This document shows positions 36,678 to 48,269 of a DNA stretch of 64,000 nucleotides, in pieces. Under the pieces are notes generated by a model, which searched no databases, was not told where the DNA came from, and worked only from the letters and a program-made list of their open reading frames with translations. The position numbers and the translations under genes are program-made. Source of the stretch: Callorhinchus milii (taxonomy: Eukaryota); contig NW_024704743.1 in NCBI RefSeq assembly GCF_018977255.1, positions 66,280,001-66,344,000 of the forward strand. Direction: 5' to 3'. How positions within the stretch are numbered: position 1 is the first letter of the stretch; every line of letters begins with the position of its first letter.

Positions 36678-36757
36678 AGAGAGGGGGAGAGAGAGAGGGG
36701 GGAGAGAGGGAGAGAGGGAGAGAGAGAGGGAGAGAGAGGGAGAGGGCAGTGATCAGT

Positions 36758-37100
36758 ATGGTGTACGCCCTCTGTGTACTCGCCGTGGCCGCCGTCACCC
36801 TGAAGGTAGCGGCCTCTCTGGGACCTGTGGTCCGCTGTGAGCCGTGCGACTCCCGGGCGCTGGGGCAGTGCCGGCGGCTGGTGGGCGAGTGCGAGCCGGT
36901 GCGGGAGCCGGGCTGCGGCTGCTGCACCACCTGCGCCCTCCGCCAGGGGCAGCCGTGCGGCGTCTACACCGAGCGCTGTGCCTCGGGCCTCACCTGTCTG
37001 CCCCAGGCCGGCGAGACCAGACCCCTGCAGTCCCTGCTGGAGGGCAGGGGCGTCTGCACCAACGAGACGGCCAGACACCGCCTCCCCCTGAGCTCTGCAG
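36758..37100 (+). CDS. IGFBP3: IGFBP3 exon 1 (signal peptide + N-terminal IB domain)
   Basis: MVYALCVLAVAAVTLKVAASLGPVVRCEPCDSRALGQC...REPGCGCCTTCAL...GQPCGVYTERCASGLTC...RPLQSLLEGRGVC. Carries the GCGCCxxC IGFBP motif and an IGFBP3-type GPVVRCEPCD start. Donor GCAG|GTACGC at 37101, phase 1. Confidence 0.96.
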
Positions 37101-37139
37101 GTACGCGCTCCCAATGCATGTTCTGCACTCCAGGTGCAC

Positions 37140-37376
37140 GGGGTGGGGGGTGGGGGGGGGAGAGGGGTGGGGGGGGGGGGGGGGGGGGGGGTGGGGGGGG
37201 AGGGTGGGGGGGGGGGGGGGGGGGGGGTGGGGGGGGGGAGGGGTGGGGAGGGGGGGGAGGGGCGACTGCAAAACATGACTTTTTTTAATATATATTTATA
37301 TTTATATAAAGTGTTGTGATTTTTTTTTTGGGGGTGGGGGGGGTGGGGGGGGGGGGGGGGGGGGGTGGGGGGGGGA
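37140..37376 (+). repeat. Poly-G low-complexity tracts at the start of IGFBP3 intron 1
   Basis: Long G runs broken by single T or A; a comparable C-rich tract lies at 34195-34385. Confidence 0.9.
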
Positions 37377-38760
37377 GAAAAAAGTGCAATAAAGACGTGT
37401 TAAGTTTTTTTTTCCCCCCAAAAAAAAAACCGAACCAGGATTTTTATTTATCTTTCGATGCCATTGAATGTTCCCGTTTCTTGTGAGAAAAAGAGTTTTT
37501 GATGATGATGATGATGATGATAATTATTATTATTACCTAAAAAAAAACCCCTCCCTGATCCGTAAGCGATGCGACTTCTCTGGTGGAGAAGTCCCTCTCT
37601 CTGATGCGATAGTGTTTTCTAAAAAATGTTCAGTGTGATTTTTTTTTAGTGTGTTTGCAAGTTTGCTGTAGTGCAAGTGATGGGCCAACAGCTTGAGGGA
37701 GGGGAGAGAGGGAGAGAGAGAGAGAGAGGGTGGGGGGGGGGTGGGGGGGGTTGCAGTGTTGTGTCTGATGGCTGAAATCTATTGCAGACCATATTCCCAA
37801 TTAAACCCCCCCCTCTCCTCCTCCTCCTCCTCCCCTATAGGAAGTGGCTGTTGGCACCGACTCTGCCCTGCTATTAGGGTTGGTTAGGAAGAGCTGGTTT
37901 GGGGTTAGGGATTAGGGGGGGGGGGGGGGGGGTTGGATGATTATCCCTTTGAATGCACTCTGCACACAGCTGGGGGGGGTGGGCAGAAAAAAAATTAAAA
38001 TTATTTTTTTTTTGTGTGGTGGTGGTTTGCAGTTTAGATTTCGCGAGTGCAAAGATGTGTGATACACGTGGGGTGATGGGTGATGGGCTGCGGTCTTGGT
38101 GCCGCGAGGGTTTCATCAGCTTGGTGATACCTGTACTTTTTTTTTGGGGGGGGGGGTGGGGGTTATTGGTTGGTATTGCACATAAGAAGTGTGCCAGGCA
38201 ATGTGCCAACCCATGCCCTGAGTCAGAGTGCCAACCTGCTCAGATCCTCAGGGTATCATTTTCAGGATTTCACGCTTTTTTTTCCCCTAAAAGACACAAA
38301 GGATGAATTGGTGTACAAAACAAAACTCCCTGACAACTATCGGACTTGTGTCCAGAGGAAGAAGATTGCAAGTTTTTTTTGTTTTGGAAAAAAAAAGAAG
38401 AAAAAAAATCGTAAAAGTTGCACCAAGATTTACTGGGTTTCTTTCACTGGATGGCTTTTGCTAACGGTGCTAACAGATGTTTGGTACATGCAGTGAACAG
38501 GGTAGTTAGGCGATGTAAGATCTCCACCATCTGGTGAGAGAAAGGATTGTAGGTGATCAGTCTCTTTAAAAGCCTTAAAAGGACAGAAATCAAGTGAAAT
38601 AATGGGGGGTAAAATGTGAAAATGTGTTCCATTGACTATTGCGTGCATTGTTTTTCACGCAGATAAAGCAGAACGCAGGCTCTGTGTTCAGTAAGAGTTC
38701 TTCAGAAAATTATATTCATGTGACACCCCCCCCCACCTCCCCCCTCTACTTCTGTTTTAG

Positions 38761-38984
38761 GAAATGTCAACAATTCAGACGAAGAAAGGAATGCCAGTAA
38801 CTCTCGGAATGAGTGGAGTCCCAACACACACCGAATGCAGGACAGCAAACCTACTCACCCACAGCACATTAAGCTGCTTCAGAAAGAAGCATCAAGAAAG
38901 GCTCAGCTATACAAGATTAACAATGAAGCCCAGAACACCGAAACCACCAACTTTTCATCGGAAATAAAACACGACACTGAATAT
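38761..38984 (+). CDS. IGFBP3: IGFBP3 exon 2 (linker domain)
   Basis: Acceptor tctgttttag; 224 nt, phase 1 to 0. GNVNNSDEERNAS...THRMQDSK...QLYKINNEAQNTETTNFSSEIKHDTEY resembles the IGFBP3 linker (QRYKVDYESQSTDTQNFSSESKRETEY). Donor gtaagt at 38985. Confidence 0.95.
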
Positions 38985-39299
38985 GTAAGTGTGCATCCTC
39001 TGAACACAGCATTTAAGCTTTTTATTTATTTTGTTCTATTCGGGCCTGGGTATCTGGGAACCCAGCCCATTTGTAAAAACAACTACTTGTACAAGCTATA
39101 TATACCTGTAATATCTACTTTATATACCTATAATACCTACCGCACGGTTTCCAAATTCAACACACTTTTCAAAGAAACGAGTTTGCCTAAAACAGCTCCA
39201 TTAGGTTTAGAATTGAAATTGAAAGACTGACAAAATAAGTATACATTTGGCTGCATATCAGGAATTCCTTAATGAAACTTTTCTAAGTGTGTAAAGACT

Positions 39300-39530
39300 G
39301 CCTGGTCAGGCACTCAGTCATACAAGACCAGGTTTGATTCCTGGTTTGGGTTGAGTTTGCTGATCTCGGCTGGGAGCAGTAATTGGGTGCTGCAATTGGC
39401 CTCAGTCTGCCTGGTCTATTGCTGGCTGGGGGAGAGGGAAATCGACCTCTGTAACTGCTCCTTATCCCTGTGCAATTATTTTACTGGAAAGTGTGCAGCA
39501 GTTGAGAATGGGATTGGGCTCCACTAGGCT
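39300..39530 (+). mobile_element. Ancient SINE-like repeat in IGFBP3 intron 2
   Basis: Degenerate B-box-like CCAGGTTTGATTCC followed by TGAGTTTGCTGATCTC...CTGGAAAGT. Similar blocks at ~48165-48210 and ~48570-48620 flank a CR1 fragment. Confidence 0.4.
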
Positions 39531-39705
39531 ACCAACACCCGATTTAATATCTTGAGTTTGTGAGTGATGAATATTCACTGAGGTGAGGTGTCAGAGCATT
39601 GTCAATGTCCATAGAACCATGAACAGGATTATTGGAGGGGTGTTGGCATCCTCAGGAATGTATGTAGACAAAAATCATGAGCATTTTCTTCTTCCCGTTT
39701 GCCAG

Positions 39706-39825
39706 GGTCCTTGTCGGAGAGAAATGGAAGGCATCCTAAACAACCTGAAAGCTGTATCATTTCTGAGCCCCAAAGGTGTATACATTCCAAATTGTGACAA
39801 AAATGGTTTCTACAAGAAAAAGCAG
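39706..39825 (+). CDS. IGFBP3: IGFBP3 exon 3 (thyroglobulin type-1 domain, part 1)
   Basis: Acceptor cccgtttgccag; 120 nt. GPCRREMEGILNNLKAVSFLSPKGVYIPNCDKNGFYKKKQ. Donor gtgggt. Confidence 0.97.
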
Positions 39826-41913
39826 GTGGGTAACCTCCTCATGCTTTGCTCCTGCCTCTTTTTTTTGTTCGATCATGATTAAATTATTCACTTTATAAAG
39901 ATAATGGGGTGCACAATAGGATTATGAAGACATAAGATACATATTTGTACCTCCAGAAACAGTTTGCCTATAAAATACAGCCACTATGCTGCACGGTAAT
40001 TCCTCCTGTGAAGCACTTTGAAACGTCTTAACGACGTGATCAAATGCAAGAACTATTAAATGATGTAAAATTGATTTTGTATCAACCAAATTGTACAGTG
40101 GCTGATGTGCGTCCTTGGTGTACTTCCTTCCATTTGAGGGCGTTTTAAAACTCACTTGCTAATGTATTGTTCAAAGGTGTGACAAAAAGGGTATGTTCTG
40201 TGAGTAAATTGATAACTTGTGATTTCCTGAGCAAATATTCAAACACAAACATTTGTACCATTTCCTGTGCCAGACACCATTGTTATTTGATGCTGGTGTG
40301 ACTCAGAGTTTCAACTTCTGCCACTTTTTTCAATCTGAATAGACAGCCCCTTAAAACCAGGAGACTTTTTATTAAAGTTTTCTTTCAAATAATATCTTAA
40401 CAAATCAATTTTGTTTAGTTTTTTTTATTGTTGATAGCCAGAACATTTTATTTTGAGTTTTGAAGTGCACTGACACAAACTCTCAGGTAGTGTTATTTAT
40501 TTGCCTACAATACATGCTACCCTTCACAGTAAATCTTGTGTGACATCCTCCCGATGTAGAAAGGCACTATGTCAAATTGTCAAATGCAAGGATTATTATT
40601 ATTATTCACACCAGGCTTGCCCTGGAATTTGTCCAACTGCTTTTTGAGCAGAATATTTGAAGGGTAATTTGATCCTCCTCTGTGCTGTAGATGACAAGAG
40701 AATGAAAATCCCATTGTCTTAAGTGCTGCAGAGGTTATATTATTTGCTGCACTATTTTACCTTCAAATATTGCATTGTTTCAAAAGGAATTTATGCCCCA
40801 GGCAAAATTTTACCGCAAATATTCTTAATCCGAAGCAGTTGCAACTAATCCAAGTGGGAACTCTATAAACAATATACTGCACAGTGTAACAAATCCACCT
40901 TTACGTCAACAAGCCATTGCATTGTTCCGTCCTAATTGTTAGATGAATGACTATATTGTCACATATTTTGTCAGTGCATTATGTTGATGGGGGACAATAC
41001 ATAGCAACCGTTTTCAGATCATTTTTTGCTCTTACATAAAACAGGATTATGGTATTTTTAACCAAAGCACATTTCTAAAGATCTTTCGTGTAAAACCTTC
41101 TAAAACCAATTAACAATGGGAGAATAGTTGATGTTCAGAAATGTGAATGTCATTCAATTTAAACTGATGTTCACTAGATGCGACTGTAAATCAACCTACC
41201 TATGTTTGTGGTTTGGGATTGTGCGCTGCTTACTACACATTGTGATTCATCGGTGAGAAAGAGCAGGCACTTTTTTTTGTGTTGTTTTCACTTGGGCTTT
41301 TGAAGGACCTGCAGCCTGAGCAACTTGCAGCAGTTTGCCAAATTCCAATATTAACCAAGTAACTGAAACTGCCACAGATATTGCTTTGCTTTTTTTTCTC
41401 TCAGATGGATAATGGGACATGAGGTATTAAGGTAGTAAATGACTGCTGATGGGTTTACATGCAGTTCACTACTAAACATAACTATAGAATTTTGAGTGAT
41501 TAAAGATATACCATAGACCCACCCATCCCTGCATTATAAGGGACTTCCTTATAAAGCAAATGGTTGGCTTGTTTGGCACGGGACGAGCTGGCTTCCCTAC
41601 CTGTTTGCTAAAATTGGCCAGCTCCAGGGTTGTCATTGACGTCTCTTCCTGTGTACTGCAAAGTATGTGCAGGAAGTGCTCGCGCATCATCCGGATTCAG
41701 GAGACCACTTTTCAGAAAATGATGTCAGCTACACTTCTTGCACATATGTACAGTGAATAGGAAGTGACATGTGGCCTTTTGGCTGTGCCCCAGTATAATG
41801 AGAGGTTTGGGTTAATTGACCTGAAGCAGTGAATTATGTCTTGGTTCTTCTGCACTTAAAACTATCAGAAGCCTTGTTCTCTTTTAATTTTTTAACTTTT
41901 TTTTAAAAAACAG

Positions 41914-42021
41914 TGCCGACCATCTAAAGGCAGAAGAAGAGGGATCTGCTGGTGCGTGGATAAATATGGCACTAGGCTGGGAAGCTATGACAGGAACGGA
42001 GAGCTGCGCTGTTATTTTTGA
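41914..42021 (+). CDS. IGFBP3: IGFBP3 exon 4 coding part to stop
   Basis: Acceptor after a T-rich tract (...aaaacag). CRPSKGRRRGICWCVDKYGTRLGSYDRNGELRCYF*, with the CWCV motif and basic NLS/heparin-binding segment. TGA at 42019-42021. Confidence 0.95.
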   Translation, partial: CRPSKGRRRGICWCVDKYGTRLGSYDRNGELRCYF

Positions 42022-42595
42022 GTCCGTGAGGAAGACTGCAGCTCCTGTGGACTCTGTGTGAGAGACTGATCAATCAGAGACCTTGGAGCAGCCAGCAGAG
42101 GGCATGGACTGCCTGTGTTCTAGAGCTGCGAGTTCTGCTGCCAGTTTAGGTTCGGAAAAGGGCTTCCTCCAGCCCTAAAGATCCAGCTCTACTTTGCCAC
42201 ATATTCTTCCAGCTCCCTGAAAGGATGGGACTTCTTAATTCCCAAGAAATCTGCACTATAGTTCCCAAGAAAAAGGCACTTCAGAAAGGAATCAGGGAAT
42301 CTCCACTTGACTATTTAAGAACTGCCTGTGACCAATTTGATCCTGACAGACTTTGTGCTCTTTTATGTTTAAAAAAAATTAGTGTATGATCCTACATATT
42401 TTGAAATGTCTTGTTCTGCAGGTCTGAAACAGGAACCTAGCCTTCACGGGTAAATCTTTTTATAAAGTTTAAAAGGACTTTGTTCTTTATCAAAAAAAGC
42501 TTTCACGTTACTAAAATGTCATATGGCTATTTTTCCTTAAATGAAATGAATATTCTGTTAGAATATGTTCTGTATTTAATATAATTATGTTTTTT

Positions 42596-42601
42596 AATAA
42601 A
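42596..42601 (+). terminator. Candidate IGFBP3 polyadenylation signal (alternative at 43124-43129)
   Basis: AATAAA in AT-rich sequence ~575 nt after the stop; a second AATAAA ~1.1 kb after the stop. Confidence 0.4.
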
Positions 42602-44320
42602 CATTATTTAAACTGAAGACAAATTAAGCATTTTATTTTCTACAGCACGAGTCACCAATTTATTTATACCCAAACCTTACACAAATCACACTTATTAAAC
42701 TCATTAATTTTGCATTATGCTTATGTATCTTCTACAGTTTAGGTAATACAGTTGGATTAAAAGAAAAGCTATTCAACAGTTTCAGGAATGGATTATGTTC
42801 GAAACAAGTTGCAGCGAATAAGATAGGAATACATGTGTAAAGGTTGCCATCTAGTGGCTACAGGATGTTAACACATCAGAAAACCCAGCATGTGCAAGAC
42901 ATTCAACTTTTCTGTATATCACATTATCCAATCTTCACATAATCCATGTGTCAGATTAGATTCGTGCATAAGTGTCTGTCTGTTAAAAGAATGTACCAAT
43001 TATTTAACTCAGTTACATGGTTATATTAAAGCTGTTTTGCTGCAGTTTATTACTTGTGAATATTACTTTTATATATGCTTGACTTCTTACAGTATTTTGT
43101 TCATTGAATCTTTAGACATAGAAAATAAAATTTTGAATGTAAAGTGAAAAACATTTTGAATGACCTTTCAATTCATAACATTTCACAAATGAAATTGCAG
43201 AAGAGGTAGGAGTACAGTATTTTTTTGGTCAGCCTGGTGTCCACATCTGGAAACCCATCACCAGGTTTAAGAGTATCCATACCAAGCTGAGAATTCCATG
43301 CACCCACCTGCACATGGAAATCCCAGAGATAGATTGTTGGAATGAAATCCACACTCTCTCCCTGGAGGGATGCATCCTGCTTATCTAATTCTGGAAAGTA
43401 TTAGGCGCAGATTGGCAAAGCCAAGGCTTCGGGACCCCAGAGTGTGTGTTGGGGGTACTGCTGGAGTCTAAGCAGCTAAACTATGTAGCTTGCCATTGAT
43501 ATTGCTGTCTTGCAAGTTTTCCCACTGCTTGTCCAGCTAGGACCCTCCTACCCATTAGGGCTTTGGCTTGCAGGGTTAACAGGAGCTGAGTGGGATAATT
43601 CCCAGCCCCAAATGACTGGTCTGCCCTTCCAGGTCCTGCTGATTAGCCAGGCTGGCGCTGTACGTTGTAATGGTGAGCATAGATTTGATGGCTTCATAAA
43701 TCACTGAACCTTACTGAAGTTACAGAAATGCAAGCTAGATGAGGCTCCAGTCAACTAAGAAATTTCACCACAGGGTCTAAACAAATCGGCTTATGTGATT
43801 GTGAACATCTTCACCTACATTTTTCAGATATCAACCTATATTTTTCAGAGTTCACTGGAGTTGGGGCAGATTTCAGGAGATGAGAAAATATCAAAAGTAA
43901 CCCAAAAAATGTTGTAAAATAAAAGGGACTAAGGATGAATTGTGCAAACTACAGATCATACAATGGATAAAATGTTTGAATTAACAATGAAGGGATAGTA
44001 TGAAGTTATCTTGAGTCACACTTTGCACTGTCAAAGCCATACTAGCCATAATTAAGAGATGGTTATGTGGCTTTGACAGTGCAAATACAAATTGTTGGAT
44101 TTTGCCCCCAAAATATACAGTCAAGTCATTTTACAGTGTGTTCTGTGAAGAGCTTTGCGATGCCTTAACAACATGATAAGGTGCTATATCAAATGCAAGG
44201 ATTATAGATTGTTTTGAAGAAGTTACTTAAAACTATTAGATTAATTTCAGAACTCCAAGGTCAGAACTTTTGAGAAACCTTATTAACTTAACACTCTTCA
44301 CTCTTGAACAGAAGTTCTGT

Positions 44321-44600
44321 GGATTCCTGTAGCTCAGTGATTATTAGAGCACTTGCCTCACAAGCAAGAGGCCTGGGTTCAATTCCCAGCAGGGCGAAAC
44401 TTTGGGCAAGTTTCCTTACTCCACAAGCCTGATAATAATCCCACAAGAAAAAAATAATAATTTGGTCACTCAATCTATGGCTTTTTGTGGGACACCGTTG
44501 TGCGCAATTGGCTGCCATGTTTCACCCACAAATATACAGTCAATTCACTTTAGCGCTTTGAGATGTCTAGAAAAGCATTATATCAAATGCAAGGATTTTT
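44321..44600 (+). mobile_element. Same SINE family copy
   Basis: CCTGTAGCTCAG...GGGTTCAATTCCCAGCAGGGCGAAAC...TATCAAATGCAAGGATT. Many tail-only fragments occur elsewhere (e.g. 90-222, 10430-10535, 29875-29965, 45390-45550). Confidence 0.82.
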
Positions 44601-46567
44601 TTGTTATAGAAGACTGAGGGGTCTTGATAGATATATTAAAATTATGAAGGGTTTGGAATATTTGGTTGCAGACAAGATTTTCTTCTGTTAAAACAATTCA
44701 GAGATAAGGGGTCAGTTTAAAAATAAAGATAACAAGAGCAAACAGAAAGCAATTGAGAAGTTAATTTTGTAATGGGCACTCAGAACAAAATACCAGCAAA
44801 ATTGGTGGAACAATGAACTATAAAGGGTTTCAAAAAGGTACTGGACAAGTACTTGGAAGTTAAAAGGATTCTGGGGCAGGAGCTGAGACAGATGTGTCAC
44901 AGGCATTATTTGGGAAATTTTAGGATAAATGGACCAATGGTCTACTGCTGCCTGAGTGTTAACTGTGAAAGCCAACTATGTAAACTGCTGTATATGTTTT
45001 AAATAAAACTTGCATAATGAAAATGATAATGGCTAATTTTTGTGTAAACATACACCACTTATTTGAAAAGGTGATAATACATCAGGAATGGTTAATTAGA
45101 TGACTAAACTTCCAGAAGTGAAAGCAGCAAAACTGTATTCATCGTAGATAATCTGCCTGTTCAGGTGGACCTTAAAGTTCTCATGGCACTCAATCCACGG
45201 CTGTTGAAATTCAAAAAGAGAAGGGAGTTTCTCCTCGAGTCCTAGCTAACCTAGATAAAATTGGTCATTCACTTCATGACCATTTGTGTATGGAACATTG
45301 ATGTGCACAAAATTGACTGCCTTCCTTGCCTACAGAATACACAGTCCCTACACCTTATGGTGTAGCATTTTGAGACATCCTCCTCACACGCGTTTCACTG
45401 ACAAAATATACAGTCAGTTCACTTTACAGTATATTCTGTGAAGCGCTTGAGACGTCTCAAAGACGTGATAAGGCACTACACCAAATGCAAGGATTATTAT
45501 TATTATTATTATGCAAAGAGCTATATCAAATGTAAGGACTATTATTATTACTATTCTTACTTCTTACATGCAGTAACTTGCATTCATTAATATTGAACTT
45601 CACAAAATTGTGTTTTACTATTTGCAAGAAAGAAAGTACACAGAACATAATGATTGCAACACCGCTGAAATTCCATGCTGCCATAATTCAATTATCCAGC
45701 ATCCATTGTTCTGTACAAATTGGCTGTTGTGTTCATGACAAATATATAATCACTTTACTTAAAAAACTGAAGTGCTTTGAGATATGATAAAGCACTATTT
45801 CAAATGCAAAGATTATGAGAAGTTAGAAATTTAGAGCACAGAAGAAGGCCATTTGGACCATTGGGTCTTGATGATATTCAGAATATTTTTATTACACAAA
45901 TACAAACGTTGATTGGCTGAAACTATGCTTGAGGCTGATGATGAATATTATCTGAATAACAAGGATGTGAAATTTGTTGCATCTTGTGACAACTTACTAT
46001 GTAGCGACAGGTTGATTATTTCAGATAACCCAGATGAATTTAAAGTTTTTTTTTAAGCCTCCAAAGAATAATTAGCATTAAAATGTTTCTATTATTCTCC
46101 ACTGGGAGACTTGCAGTGCAAGCCCTGCTTTAATACGATGAGCACTGTTGAAATACAGTATCATGTAATTTCAGACTAACATCTTCTTTTGCACAGGCAG
46201 GTTTTGTTTAAGTTAATATTGATTTTTCAGGGGATAAGAATAAATCAGAAAATCCATTTCAAAAGTTCATTTGACTCTTACTAATATAGCAATAATAATA
46301 CAAAAATGCTCAAAGGTATTGCGCACATAGCATTTAGCAGTGACTGAGGATTGTTGGGAGTACAAAGGATTGGCATTGAATAGTTTAGCTATTTCAGTAT
46401 TACTAAAGTTCGAAAATAATATAAGAAATCTCTAAGAATGAGGGTGGAATTTTGCACTTTTAAAAAAATATTCTCAATAACCTGAAAGTATGATTTATAG
46501 TAGAGAACAACTATCTTTGCATTTCATTCCATAATTAAAAACATTTCTGTTCAACATCAAAACACTT

Positions 46568-46573
46568 TTTATT
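46568..46573 (-). terminator. Candidate IGFBP1 polyadenylation signal
   Basis: TTTATT on + (AATAAA on -) ~790 nt past the IGFBP1 stop. Confidence 0.45.
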
Positions 46574-47360
46574 AAACAAATACAGTTGATTTACTGAAAC
46601 TATGTTGGATATGCAAGATGTTATACAGAGGATAATAGATGTCTACGGATTATGATGAAGGCCAGAGCATTTCCAGTACAGACAATGTCATAAACTAAAA
46701 GAGTAAAGTTTATAAAGCTAATCTGAACCCCAACATGTAACAACCTAACCTTTGAAACACCCTTCTACATGTTTTATGACATAGGCATTTGAATAAACTT
46801 GCTGGATAGTCATATATTGAGGAAGAAGTTTGGATGCAATGGATGTAATGGTGAATTCACATTGACAAAAGCAAATTGTGTGTATAGGATAGATTTCCAA
46901 ACTCAACAATTACATTTTATTGGACTATTTTGATACCCTGGAAACAGTTATCTTTTGTCAGACTTGTAACCAATCACCTTGACCAATCTGCACTGTTAGG
47001 TTTACAGTGGACCCAGTTACTCTGCTTTCATCATGATGCATTATTTGCAATAGCTGTATTTTCATACCCATGATTTACCCAGTATTTACCCAGTAGTGCA
47101 TTGAAAGTGTACCTGGCAATAGTAGATTTGTTTCAGTGGACTGAACATATACTGTTGACATACACACCCATACTAAAAGTAATAGTTTGCATTATTTTGA
47201 AAATGAAATCTTTAAAAAACAGAGTAGGAAATAAATAGCTCACATAACATCAAAGATAACTGCAACCTTACAGATATCATCTTCAAATGCCGTGCTCTGG
47301 TGTGTGGAAGAAAATCAAAGATTCTAGGCGCTACCAGTTTCTTAAGACACTTTAGTTACT

Positions 47361-47498
47361 TTACTTTTGTTGTCCTGAAGGCACGTACCGATGGCACTGG
47401 GGATCACCTCTAACTTCTGGAGAATTGGGAATTCTCTTCCCATTCCAGTGAAAAACACACCAACATATTCCACGCTGACCATCCAGCGAAGATTCACA
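47361..47498 (-). CDS. IGFBP1: IGFBP1 exon 4 coding part to stop
   Basis: Minus-strand acceptor gcattttctag. CESSLDGQRGICWCVFHWNGKRIPNSPEVRGDPQCHRYVPSGQQK*. WNGKRIP and RGD are IGFBP1-type, and the gene converges on IGFBP3. This frame is not in the ORF track. Confidence 0.92.
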   Translation of the reverse strand, partial: CESSLDGQRGICWCVFHWNGKRIPNSPEVRGDPQCHRYVPSGQQK

Positions 47499-48269
47499 CT
47501 AGAAAATGCAAGCACACAATATTTATTATTTCTAATAATCAAGAACAATAATTTGGTTATTTTACAAAGACCAAGTCCCAAAAATAAATTGAGCTTCCAT
47601 TATAATAATATAATGCAATTTATACTTATATAATGCCTTTTGCATTGGGAGGAAGTCTCAAAGTGCTTTGCTGATTTTGTGTGTGTGTGTGTGTAGGGGG
47701 TAGCAGAAGAGTTGGGGAATTGTAATAATAATAAATTAAATAATTCTTGCATTTGATGTTGTGCTTCATCACATCATCAAGGCATCTCAAAGTGCTTCAC
47801 AGGATATATTGCAAAGTGATATGACTGTTTTTTGTGGACAAACAAACTATACACAGAAAGTAAAAGCCAAATACTGCAGATCTGAAATAAAAACAGAAGT
47901 AATTGGGAACACTCAGCAGGTCAGGCAGGATCTATGGCAAGAGGAAAGTGAATTAATGTTTCAAGTCGATGACCTTTTGTTGTCAACCTGAAATGTTAAT
48001 TCACTTTCCTCTCTCCATAGATGCTGACTGACCTGCTGAGTGTTTCCAGGGACTACTTTTTTTATTGTACACAGGAAGTATACAGTTGACATCTGTTCTT
48101 CCTTTTAAAGGGGCTATATTAGCTCTACCAAACACAAGGTTTGCAAAAGCACTGCTCTGCACATCTGGAAGGTCCCAGGTTTGATTACAGTCTGTACTGA
48201 GTTAATTTCAGGAACAATATAGTCAGGAATCAGTGCCGTGTGCTAGAAGGCCCCAAATCATGCAAGGTT

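Larger units (their letters stand above)
32000..37100. promoter_or_regulatory. CpG-island-like region upstream of and including IGFBP3 exon 1
   Basis: CG dinucleotides are visibly dense, especially 33700-35550 and 36760-37100, compared with CpG-poor flanks. The elevation starts near 30200. Not computed. Confidence 0.7.

Noticed and set aside
36323..37276. 317-aa antisense ORF over IGFBP3 exon 1
   Set aside because: Shadow of GC-rich coding DNA plus G and GA tracts.
36758..42021. Calling the + gene IGFBP5
   Set aside because: GPVVRCEPCD, linker NFSSEIKHDTEY, GPCRREME and pairing with an IGFBP1-like gene all favour IGFBP3.
44022..44085. Identity with the miR-130/301 family (CAGTGCAA and GTCAAAGC words)
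   Set aside because: The words are in the wrong order and position relative to the known precursor, and the mature sequence is absent. Kept only as an unnamed hairpin.
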